From NCBI GenBank assembly GCA_041736175.1, contig JBGSUI010000238.1, positions 1-25,620 on the forward strand: DNA of 25,620 nucleotides, in the 5' to 3' direction. The notes beneath the pieces are model-generated. The model was given only the letters and a program-made list of their open reading frames with translations. It ran no database searches and was not told the origin of the DNA. Source of the stretch: Oligoflexales bacterium (GTDB lineage: Bacteria; Bdellovibrionota_B; Oligoflexia; Oligoflexales; CAIYRB01). This document shows positions 7,775 to 16,476 of this stretch, piece after piece. Made by a program: the position numbers and the translations under genes. Every line of letters begins with the position of its first letter. The stretch's first letter is position 1.

Positions 7775-8604
7775 TTAAATCTTGAGGACGGTGGTTGCAA
7801 AAAGAGCGTACGACATGACACGAGCCCTCGCAGCTGGAATCTCGTATGCACCCGTGGCCTCCAGGTGGATCTGATAAAAAATCGGGATATCGGTCCTCTG
7901 ACTAAAATACGGGATTGATTTGGACAAACTTCGGGCTCCGGATTTACATTCCACGGCAAAAAGGGGGCGTCCGTCGCCGACGACCACAAAATCAACCTCG
8001 CGGCCATCTTTGTCGCGCAGGTAGCGCAATTCCATTTTCTCTCCCAGAGTGTCTTCTCGAAAATGACAGAATTTAAGCAGATTGCTGGCGACTAGATTTT
8101 CAAATTTTGCACCCGGATTTTCGACGCTTGACCAGTCCCAAAGGTATAGCTTCTGCTCTTTTTTCAGGGATTTAATTTTCGGGCTGCCATAGGGCGAGAT
8201 GCGGTAACAAAGATAGACGGCTTCGAGAATAAGCAGCCATCGCCGCATCGACCTAGAAGTGAGTCTCCTCCTTTCCGATAGTAGTCAAGTTTGGCTGATC
8301 CAGTGATCAAAAATCGTGTGGTCGACTTTTTGGTATCGTAAAATCCCTTAACCAAATTGCGCCATTTCTTGTATTTGTGAATCTCGTCAAGAATGATCAC
8401 GGGCTCATCAGGAGGTAGGGCTCCTGCCAGGAGGGCTTTGCGTGTCACCGGGTCGTCCCAGTTGCGATAGGCGGGATTTTGCTCGTTTGCCGGATTAATA
8501 AAGCCCAGAGCAAGCGTTGTTTTGCCAACCTGCCTTGGACCACCTAAGAAAACCATCTTTTTGGACAAATCTTTTTCAATTAAATCAGTTAGATAGCGTT
8601 TCAT
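7775..8604 (-). pseudogene. AAA_14/DUF4143-type ATPase with an internal deletion and frameshift
   Basis: Walker A GPRQVGKT, Walker B IILDEIH and TGS...LLGR, then an out-of-frame jump near 8248 to the KLYLWD...FENLV...EVDFVV...VECK C-terminus. The central part seen in paralog 22345..23526 (about 100 aa) is missing. Confidence 0.85.
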
Positions 8605-9260
8605 ATGACCTTCGCAAGAGAAATTTTGGCAACACCTTAATTTATTCCGGAAAATATTTTGGTCAAGCCAAAAAAAGACTGAATCGGGAGTCCACCCATT
8701 TTAGCGTATGATTGACTAGACGAAAATGCTACTTAGTCGTATGATCCATCATACGGTTGTTGCCATAGAGGCAGGCAACTGGACGCAATCATCACCAGCC
8801 TGAAATCAAGGGTTTTTAATGATAAATCAGGATCTTATTGATGTTCATAGCATCATCACCGCCGCCACTCCCCGGTCGTTTTCTCGCCTTGAGATCCTAC
8901 CCATCGACTAGAATTCCAATGTGATTGGTTTGATGGGGAGTCGGGGTGTGTCCCGGGAAAACCATCTGGCTAAGCGGTAGCTCGTCGGCGGCTTTGGCTA
9001 AAGGAGGGTCCGATTTATCACGACGAATCCTTTGGTACGATTTGCCCGGGCTATCCTTTCGTGAGTATTTACATCTCACAGGACGAACGGACGTGCCCCT
9101 AGTTTCCATATAAGACTTGTCGACTCATCACACTACGATAGCGAGGGGACTTGCGGCAAAAGGCTCGTTGCTTGCTGCTTTTCGCAACTACCTTAAACAT
9201 GGTCATTATCCGTTTTTTCTATTGCCGAAGTCTAATTTATAGACACATGTTGTTTCTATC

Positions 9261-9281
9261 AACAAAAAGCCCATAGGGCTT
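9261..9281 (-). terminator. Possible intrinsic terminator on the minus strand
   Basis: Minus strand aagccc-tat-gggctt followed by tttgtt. Confidence 0.35.
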
Positions 9282-9436
9282 AGCCCCCCCTATTTCCTAT
9301 CTTTCCATCCAAAAACCATAATCATTGGCCACAGATCCTTCTTTCGGAACCCCTGGAATAAAAAGTGCATATGTCACTTTCCATGGCTGACTTAAAAGGC
9401 CGTTTTTACGATTGGCGCTGTCTTACGGAGTGCTCC

Positions 9437-10735
9437 ATGGAAAGAAAAATACCTAAACTCAATGGGCTTAAGACCTTTACCAGCTGCCTAGCTTTTTATC
9501 TAGCGGCGCTCGGAACAGGCTGCCACGAGAAAGAAGAAGCCCATAGGGAATCTACGCCGCAGGAAACAGGGTCCTTATCTTACCAGAGGCAGACTTTTTA
9601 CGACATCAACCGGATCCAAAAGATCGAAATTTGGATGTCCGATTGGAACAAGCTTGCCACCCAGCAACCTAAGGGCGGGCGCTGCAACTTTGAATTTAAT
9701 GGCGAGCATTTTGACACCTTTAGTGCGCCGCTTGTTAAGGTGAACGGCCAAGAGTACAAGGACGTCGCTCTTAAAAAAAGTAGTTTTTGTGGCTCCCTAT
9801 CGGACAGCAAACCCAACCTCAAGGTTAATTTTGGAAAATTCAATAAATTAGCCAAAGAGTCTGCTCTCCAAAACTTTGGAACGGGGGAGCTTATCCTCAA
9901 AAATTCTGTCCAGGACCAATCGCTTCTGAGACAGTGTCTGGCGGCAGAAATTTTTAAAAAAGCTGGATTTTCTGAACAATATTGTAACTTCATAGAGGTG
10001 TGGGCCAACAACCAAAAAATTGGGCTCTACGTCAATCTAGAGCCCACGGACAAAGCCTTTTTTAACCGCAACTTTGGTGACAAACTAGGCAATCTCTACG
10101 AAGTAGCGGGAGAAGAGCTTGATACTTGGGCATTACCTCGGTTTCGAGACCGGCTTGACTCCTTTAAAGATCAGGAGGACACAAGCTTAGCTGATATGAC
10201 AAGACTTGTGAATGTCCTTAAAAACGATCAGTCCCAGGACCTGGCATCTTTAGACGAAGTCTTAGATATCGAGCATTTTATAAAGTACTGGGCTATGGAA
10301 ATGATCATAGTCCACTGGGATGGGCTAACCAATAATATCAACAATTCTTTTATTTACTTTCGCCCATCAGATGGCAAAGCGATGATGCTGCCACGGGGTA
10401 TGGACCAGGTCCTAACGGATTATGTGGACCCTAAGAATCCGAGCCAATACTTGCACCAAAAAATTTATTCCATGCATTCACTTGCTTCTAAATTATTGGC
10501 TCGTCCGGTGTATGCCCAAAAATTAAAGTCTACGGTAGACCACTACCTCGCCACCCTTTGGGACGAAAGGGCCCTCTTGGCTCGGATAGAAACCCTGGCT
10601 GCCTATCCAGCAGCCCATGTCCCCGAGTGGTCTAGTGAGGGCGAGCCACGCTGGTCCTACGACCGCTTAAAAAAAGTCGTTTCCAATCGTAAACAAGATC
10701 TAGCCGCTCTTTGGTCGCTGCAATTCTCACCCTGA
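9437..10735 (+). CDS. CotH kinase family lipoprotein
   Basis: KPNLKV, LKNSVQDQSLLRQ, GLYVNLEPTDKAF, HWDG...NN.FIY, PRGMDQ; lipobox LGTGC; GGAG before ATG 9437. Confidence 0.8.
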   Translation: MERKIPKLNGLKTFTSCLAFYLAALGTGCHEKEEAHRESTPQETGSLSYQRQTFYDINRIQKIEIWMSDWNKLATQQPKGGRCNFEFNGEHFDTFSAPLVKVNGQEYKDVALKKSSFCGSLSDSKPNLKVNFGKFNKLAKESALQNFGTGELILKNSVQDQSLLRQCLAAEIFKKAGFSEQYCNFIEVWANNQKIGLYVNLEPTDKAFFNRNFGDKLGNLYEVAGEELDTWALPRFRDRLDSFKDQEDTSLADMTRLVNVLKNDQSQDLASLDEVLDIEHFIKYWAMEMIIVHWDGLTNNINNSFIYFRPSDGKAMMLPRGMDQVLTDYVDPKNPSQYLHQKIYSMHSLASKLLARPVYAQKLKSTVDHYLATLWDERALLARIETLAAYPAAHVPEWSSEGEPRWSYDRLKKVVSNRKQDLAALWSLQFSP

Positions 10736-10881
10736 TCATCTCCTGCAGCTAACACTGAGGGAAACGACTGGGGCAGGCCGGCCTAGAAGAGATAAACGTT
10801 GTGTTGCCGTAGGTGGGCACCCAAATTGGCCAATGGGGCCACTATAGTCCAAGCCAAACCAGGGGCTTACCTATCAATGAG

Positions 10882-11373
10882 TCAACGCCTGGTTTTGCCT
10901 TTTTTTGATCTGCCAGGACCAAAGAGCATTTGCTCCATATCCCGGAGGATTTGCTCAAAATTGATGCCCTGGTTAGCTGGGCTATCCTCACTAAACAGGT
11001 CCTCGTCAATATCGTTGAAAGCTTTGTCATCCTCCAAAGACTCAGCGATGACCGGCGGAGCATACCTCAGGATAGTTCCTAGCTGCTTCAAGATGTCACG
11101 TTCTGCGGCTGATTGGGGTTTGTCGTTAAGACAAGCAATGGGCGGGAAAATCCCCGAGAGATCCGGATTTGCATCAAACATGAGCGAGCGTATCTCTGAG
11201 ACGGGATTCGAGAGTAGCTCATAAGCCTGCCGCAGCTCAGAAAACCTTTCAGGAAACTGCTCCACTGGATACCGACGGGCCATTTTATGAAAAGCAGCAG
11301 CCACCGTCGACGGGTCGACAGAAGCATCCTGTGGTAAACGTAACACTGATTTTGCTTGGTCCATCTGCATCAT
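10882..11373 (-). CDS. J-domain-like protein lacking HPD (YPV)
   Basis: VLRLPQDA...VAAAFHKMARRYPVEQFPERFSELRQAYELLSNP follows the J-domain helix pattern; last gene of the Hsp70 cluster. Confidence 0.75.
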   Translation of the reverse strand: MMQMDQAKSVLRLPQDASVDPSTVAAAFHKMARRYPVEQFPERFSELRQAYELLSNPVSEIRSLMFDANPDLSGIFPPIACLNDKPQSAAERDILKQLGTILRYAPPVIAESLEDDKAFNDIDEDLFSEDSPANQGINFEQILRDMEQMLFGPGRSKKGKTRR

Positions 11374-11419
11374 CAAGATCCTTCTTGGAGGTCCTTCTTA
11401 GGGGGAACTCTTTTGGGTT

Positions 11420-13378
11420 TTAAAAGGGTATACTCCGCTCATTTCGTGAACTCCGCTGGGTCTTGGGGCGAGCTGTGCTCCTGGGTTTTTGAGCTTCCCT
11501 GCTCTGGCGATCCAGATAAGTCTTCAACTTGGCTTTTTCCCCTATAGGTGCCAGATTAAAGAGACCCTCGGCCATGGCGGTACCCAGGGCCTTATCCAGC
11601 TCCTGGTTGTGATAGGTTTCAGCAAGCTTGAGCAGCCTTTCCACAACCCCCAATTTTAAGGCGCCTTCCTGGCCCAGCTGGGGCAAGAGATCCACCACGA
11701 GCTTGGCACCGTAGGTCTCGAAAAAGAGTTTCATTGGCGACTTAAGCAGGAAGCCCAAAAATGCAAGGGCTTTTTGGTAACCTATTTTTGGACAGGTTTG
11801 TTTTTTAAATTTCAAATAAGCCAGGGACCATGCCAGCATTGCGGGATCGATCTCGGGCATGGTCTCAAGTTCGGAGACAGGAAAGCGACTACCAGCTAAC
11901 AACTTATCAAAAGTCAATTTTGTGACTTTTTGCAGTCCTAGGGGCTCACCTAGCCCAGAGCGGGCTCTTTGGAACCATTGGGCCAAAAGCTCCCGCTGGG
12001 ACTCTCTTGGGAGGCTTAGAATATAATTGTTTATAAACTCAGATCGGTCTGATAATTTGTAATCCACGTAAAGAGTATAAAACAGACTAAAAGGCATTGG
12101 CCTTGGAGTTTGGGCTGGTTTGCTGGCGAGGGAAGAGTCCGTACATCCTCCGAGGCTAAAATAAAGCCACCGAGTTCCACTATCGGTCTGATCAAATCGG
12201 AAAATTTCTTGTACGATGGATAATTTTGGCCGGTAGGTGGGGCTTTTGGCGGCTAGACGGCGAAAAAACTCCGCACAGATCTCCTTAGTCTTAGCGGCAA
12301 AATCCCGATGGGCTTGGGGAACCCCGTGACTGAGGCCAGACCAGAGGGCCTTAAAGGATCTTTCTTCTTCTAAAATCGCGGGTGCTGCTTTAGTCTCGTG
12401 GTGAACCTCGGCCCAAAAACGCCATTTAAGCAGCAGCTTTTTTATAAAAAGATTGTAGTTGTTAACTTGATCTGTCTTAAGGACATCGTCGCTAACGAGG
12501 TTCGGCAACATATCTCGAAAGGTCAGATGCACGGAATCTTGCCCCGAGGTTTGTCCTAAGGGACCCGTACCAGAAGATTCTTGGACTGCGTTGGGGAAAG
12601 ATTGATGGACGTACCTAAACAGGATCGGATGTTCTTTGTTTGATAAGGGAGCTTTCTGATAAAATCTCCGGGTCACGCCCCTAAAAAAAGGCTCTAAAAA
12701 GCCCTCAAAAAGCGGATGGTGCTCGGCTTCGGTCCTTAAAGTCTCTAGGGCGCGGTTAAGATTAACTAAATTTTGTTTTGAACGGGGTTTAGCCGTTCTA
12801 AGGACCATTTTACTGATATCAGTGATTTCGTAACAGGTGAGTTGGGTCACAAAAAGATCGATTTTCTCCCATAAATATTCTACGGCAGGGGACTTTTCAT
12901 CGAGCCTTCCTGCGCAGTAAAAATGAGCAAGTGCCGGCAGATCGACAAAACCAAACTGATGCTTTTGGGTGTTTTTAAAGGTTTGGCAGAGTTGGCTGTC
13001 GGGATTGTTCCAATCACCATCACCCGTATAATGTTTTAGGTCAAAAAAATTAACATACTCATCGTGACTTGAGCGAAGCCGCTTGCGGAGCTCCTCAAAA
13101 ACGGTGGGGTTCATCGCCGCTGGTTTGCGCCCATAGATGATCGCTTCAAAGATATTATTGACGAAGACCCAATCCCCTTCGGGATCGTGGCCTCTCAGCT
13201 GCCTCAAGGCAAAATAGAAACCGTTAGCGCGTTCCCCATCGGCAGCATAAAATTGGTCCAAAAGATCAAAATATCTTGAACCAAGGGTTCCCTTTTTAGA
13301 CTGGTTGTTCCCCATAGAGGTCTGCTTATTTTGTGAACGCTGGGCATTTTTTCGCTGCAGTCGTCTATTAGACCCCAT
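11420..13378 (-). CDS. Hypothetical protein (652 aa) in the Hsp70 operon
   Basis: Long ORF. ATG at 13378 follows GGGAG and overlaps the Hsp70 stop by 11 nt. Basic, low-complexity termini; no recognised motif. Confidence 0.8.
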   Translation of the reverse strand: MGSNRRLQRKNAQRSQNKQTSMGNNQSKKGTLGSRYFDLLDQFYAADGERANGFYFALRQLRGHDPEGDWVFVNNIFEAIIYGRKPAAMNPTVFEELRKRLRSSHDEYVNFFDLKHYTGDGDWNNPDSQLCQTFKNTQKHQFGFVDLPALAHFYCAGRLDEKSPAVEYLWEKIDLFVTQLTCYEITDISKMVLRTAKPRSKQNLVNLNRALETLRTEAEHHPLFEGFLEPFFRGVTRRFYQKAPLSNKEHPILFRYVHQSFPNAVQESSGTGPLGQTSGQDSVHLTFRDMLPNLVSDDVLKTDQVNNYNLFIKKLLLKWRFWAEVHHETKAAPAILEEERSFKALWSGLSHGVPQAHRDFAAKTKEICAEFFRRLAAKSPTYRPKLSIVQEIFRFDQTDSGTRWLYFSLGGCTDSSLASKPAQTPRPMPFSLFYTLYVDYKLSDRSEFINNYILSLPRESQRELLAQWFQRARSGLGEPLGLQKVTKLTFDKLLAGSRFPVSELETMPEIDPAMLAWSLAYLKFKKQTCPKIGYQKALAFLGFLLKSPMKLFFETYGAKLVVDLLPQLGQEGALKLGVVERLLKLAETYHNQELDKALGTAMAEGLFNLAPIGEKAKLKTYLDRQSREAQKPRSTARPKTQRSSRNERSIPF

Positions 13379-15176
13379 GCTGTGTCTCTCCCATCTCCCG
13401 TTGCTCCAGCCAGTCGTAGAGCTTGGTTTCAAGCTCGTCCATTTGGTCGTCTTCTTGGTTTGTCAGGGCCGTCTGGTAAGCCTTGAGGGTCCCATGGACC
13501 TCATCGGAAGGGGGCACTTGTTTGGCCGAAATCACTTGTCGGATCTTGTCGAGTAGAAAGTTGCTGACTTTAGAGGGCCCCACATCAAGGATATCATCCA
13601 GGTCTGAGTCGTCCTCCCCAATCTCGTCACGATCCTCATCATCATCGTCATCGTCAAAGCCCTCAGCTAAGGCATCGTAACCACTAAGGCTGGGAGTCTC
13701 GCTGTTCCAGCTAGCCGACTTGGTGGTATCCATTCGGTACTCGCGCACTGGCGCTTTGCCGTCTTCTTGGCTCACTCCAATATTGATAATCCCATTGGCG
13801 TCATAGGAGAAAGTAACCTCAAACTCCATACTGGCGGAACGGTTCAGGTTGCATTCAAACCGACCGATAAGGGTGTTGTCGGCAGTATGGGAAGACTCCC
13901 CTTGTAAGACAACGATTTCTACTTTGTCTTGTTCCGGAAACAACTTTGAAAATTTTCGTGACATTTTTGCTGGAAGCCGGCTATTGCGAAAGATGATTGG
14001 AGCACAGGTCTTAGGATACTCAAACTCCTCGAGTAGACCGTCGTCATGATCACCAAGGGCTGCAATCCCTAAGGAATGGGGACAGACATCAACCACGATT
14101 TGTTGGCAACTCAGCCCGCTTACCAGAGCTGCTTGGTAGCCGGCACCGAGGGCGACCGATAGGTCGGGATCGACGTAAAATTCGGGGGTGATTTTGAATT
14201 CTGCTTGGAGCCGCTGCTGCACATAGGGGATCCGCGTAGAGCCACCAACGAGGAGGAGTCTAGAGATTTGGCCCACCTCGACCTTTGCATCCTTAAGGGC
14301 TTGTTGAACCTTACTGATGGTGGATTCCACGAGGTCTTTGATAAGGTCCGCAAACTCATCTCGACACAACGTATGGTCGAGCTGGATGGGTGTTCCGTGA
14401 ACCTTAAGGGATTGATTGATCTTCCAATGAAGTTCCGAAGAAAGGGCGATTTTAGCGGCTTCAGCGAGATATTTGAGTTGGGCCATGGCAACCGGATCTT
14501 CGCTAGGATCGATACCGTGCACCGATCGGATCACGCTCACCAGTTTTTGGGCCAATGCTGCGTCGAAGTCATCCCCACCTAAAAAAGTATTGCCGGCAGA
14601 CGCCAAAACTTCTTTGTATTCTCCGTTAACTTTGAGAATCGACACATCAAACGTACCTCCCCCAAGGTCATAAACCATCCACTGTTCAGGCACGGAATCG
14701 TTGCGGGATACCGTCAGGTAACTCAAGGCTGCAGCGGTCGGCTCGTTGATAATTCTGAGAACCTCCAATCCAGCCTGCTGGCCCGCGGTCATCGTCGCCC
14801 GGCGTTGTTCGTCCCCAAACCAGGCCGGGACGGTGATCACGACTTTTTTGACTGGTTCTCCACAAGCCTCAGCAGCCTTTTGGGCAACATACTTGAGAAT
14901 CTCTGTAGAAATCTCGATGGCCGAGTAGGGGCGATCCCCTAGGATGGCGCGGTATTCGGGTTGCCCAATCTTACGTTTGATGGAGCGAATCGCCTGCTGC
15001 GGCTTTAAAAAGCCGAGATTTCGAGCCGCAAGGCCCACGAGAAGTTGTCCATTTTCCCAGGCAACGACGGAAGGGACTGTATTGCCATCGTCAATCTTAA
15101 CGACTTCGGGTTGTCCATCCACAAAACGACTGATACAGGTATTTGTTGTACCCAGGTCGATTCCAAAAACGCTCAT
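13368..15176 (-). CDS. Hsp70 family protein (non-DnaK paralog)
   Basis: GIDLGTT, VITVPAWF, IINEPTAAAL, YDLGGGTFDVS, LGGDDFD, VGGSTRIP, linker IVVDVCPHSLG; acidic tract near the C-terminus; RBS GGGGGAG. Confidence 0.95.
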   Translation of the reverse strand: MSVFGIDLGTTNTCISRFVDGQPEVVKIDDGNTVPSVVAWENGQLLVGLAARNLGFLKPQQAIRSIKRKIGQPEYRAILGDRPYSAIEISTEILKYVAQKAAEACGEPVKKVVITVPAWFGDEQRRATMTAGQQAGLEVLRIINEPTAAALSYLTVSRNDSVPEQWMVYDLGGGTFDVSILKVNGEYKEVLASAGNTFLGGDDFDAALAQKLVSVIRSVHGIDPSEDPVAMAQLKYLAEAAKIALSSELHWKINQSLKVHGTPIQLDHTLCRDEFADLIKDLVESTISKVQQALKDAKVEVGQISRLLLVGGSTRIPYVQQRLQAEFKITPEFYVDPDLSVALGAGYQAALVSGLSCQQIVVDVCPHSLGIAALGDHDDGLLEEFEYPKTCAPIIFRNSRLPAKMSRKFSKLFPEQDKVEIVVLQGESSHTADNTLIGRFECNLNRSASMEFEVTFSYDANGIINIGVSQEDGKAPVREYRMDTTKSASWNSETPSLSGYDALAEGFDDDDDDEDRDEIGEDDSDLDDILDVGPSKVSNFLLDKIRQVISAKQVPPSDEVHGTLKAYQTALTNQEDDQMDELETKLYDWLEQREMGETQHGV

Positions 15177-15221
15177 AATCACTCCCCCTACAAAACGAAA
15201 CACTATTTTAAAAGTCGTAAA

Positions 15222-15983
15222 CTAAAGTTCAACACTATGCTCGACCCGGGTGACCGCTCCGACGTCAGCGTGGGCCTCCCTTTCCATGGAACCGTCGGAT
15301 CCGTTGGCTCCATTGGAACCGTTGGCTCCATTGGATCCGTTGGCTCCATTGGAATCGTTGGCTCCATTGGAATCGTTGCCCACGGTGAGGTCGGTCCCGA
15401 GGCCTTTGGCCACGATGACTTTGGCTCTACGAATCAGGCGACCCTTCCCGTCCCGAAACCCTTGCTGGATGATCTGCATCACCGTCCCCGGCTCGCAGTG
15501 GTCGCTACCGATAGCTTCGAGGATTTCGCAGTCCGTGGCATGGTAGATTTCTTTGAGATGGGTTACGGGCTCCCATCCTAGCTGCTTTAGCAGGCTTTTT
15601 TGTAGGGATTCACCTTTAGAGGCTCCGTCAAAGGCTTCGTATAAAGTATCAAGATGAGACAACACCTGCTGTTGATCCAGGAGCCCAGAGCTGACGGGAG
15701 TCAGACCATAGACAGGTGGAGTGGTGTTGACGCTAGCTTTGGATTCAAGGTCGAGTACAGCTTTTTGCAGATCTTTTAGGATATTGCCCTGGTGGTCCAG
15801 GAGCAGATGAATCCGCCGCATGGCCTTTAGGGACGCCGCCTGCTGCTGCTCAAGCTTGCACTGGTTTTCGTCGACGGTTTCTTTGAGACCCAGCACCTCG
15901 CTCATAAGCGGATCCATTTCGCTGGGTTCAGCATCCAGAGGCAAGGACTTTTTTCGAAAAAACCTAGATATAAAGTTGTCCAC
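15222..15983 (-). CDS. GrpE-like nucleotide exchange factor
   Basis: Coiled-coil-like N-half and C-terminal GTVMQIIQQGF...LIRRAKVIVAK; directly upstream of Hsp70. Confidence 0.8.
   Translation of the reverse strand: MDNFISRFFRKKSLPLDAEPSEMDPLMSEVLGLKETVDENQCKLEQQQAASLKAMRRIHLLLDHQGNILKDLQKAVLDLESKASVNTTPPVYGLTPVSSGLLDQQQVLSHLDTLYEAFDGASKGESLQKSLLKQLGWEPVTHLKEIYHATDCEILEAIGSDHCEPGTVMQIIQQGFRDGKGRLIRRAKVIVAKGLGTDLTVGNDSNGANDSNGANGSNGANGSNGANGSDGSMEREAHADVGAVTRVEHSVEL
15297..15378. repeat. 18-bp tandem repeat, about 4.5 copies, in the GrpE-like tail
   Basis: Unit ggaWYcgttggctccatt at 15297, 15315, 15333, 15351 and a partial copy at 15369; encodes N(G/D)SNGA. Confidence 0.95.
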
Positions 15984-16114
15984 AGTGATACCTTTCGCTT
16001 GACTTAGGCAAGGGAGGTTCTACCAAAAGGGTCAAGGCCCTTCAATCGACAAATTGTGGGTCAACCCACTTTGTCGCAAGACCTCAGTATCCCTGATTTC
16101 GAGGAGGCTTATCC

Positions 16115-16468
16115 ATGGACCAAGAAAAGGCTTGTCATACCCTACCAGACCAGAAAACCACAGTGATCCTCACCGTCCAATCAGCAGACGGATTGCAATC
16201 ACATCAGATCCCTGTCCGCCGAGGGATGCCTTTCCAAGGGATTGCCGCCCTCCATTCTAAAGAGGTCGCCCTTGAGTTTGATTGTCGCAAGGCCGATTGC
16301 GGGATATGCCTCTTTGTAGCCGTAGGGGGAGATTGTTTAGACTTTCTATCCCCACCTACGTCCGTAGAGAGTGATTATCTAAAGGCCATGGGTTGCACAG
16401 TGGGCGAGCGCCTGGGCTGTCAAACCCGGATGCTCGCCAGTGGGACCGTGAGATTGATCCCGGCTTAA
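16115..16468 (+). CDS. 2Fe-2S ferredoxin-like protein
   Basis: CRKADCGIC...RLGCQ motif; GAGGAGG RBS. Confidence 0.85.
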   Translation: MDQEKACHTLPDQKTTVILTVQSADGLQSHQIPVRRGMPFQGIAALHSKEVALEFDCRKADCGICLFVAVGGDCLDFLSPPTSVESDYLKAMGCTVGERLGCQTRMLASGTVRLIPA

Positions 16469-16476
16469 TCTGACTG

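Noticed and set aside
8940..9060. c-di-GMP-I riboswitch (minus-strand GGCAAA...CAAAGCC)
   Set aside because: The GNRA hairpin and the conserved spacing are absent; only fragments of the motif match.
8897..9109. 70-aa ORF as a real gene
   Set aside because: No RBS, no motif and no operon context.
13368..15176. Calling this gene dnaK or hscA
   Set aside because: The C-terminal half is divergent, the partners are atypical, and there is no isc gene context apart from a divergently oriented ferredoxin.
15297..15378. CRISPR array
   Set aside because: These are contiguous in-frame tandem units with no unique spacers, and no cas genes are present.
15045..15581. Plus-strand ORFs with GSIG/APLE repeats, and other antisense ORFs (9598..10011, 16919..17296, 18749..19177)
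   Set aside because: They are shadows of well-supported genes on the opposite strand or of the tandem repeat.
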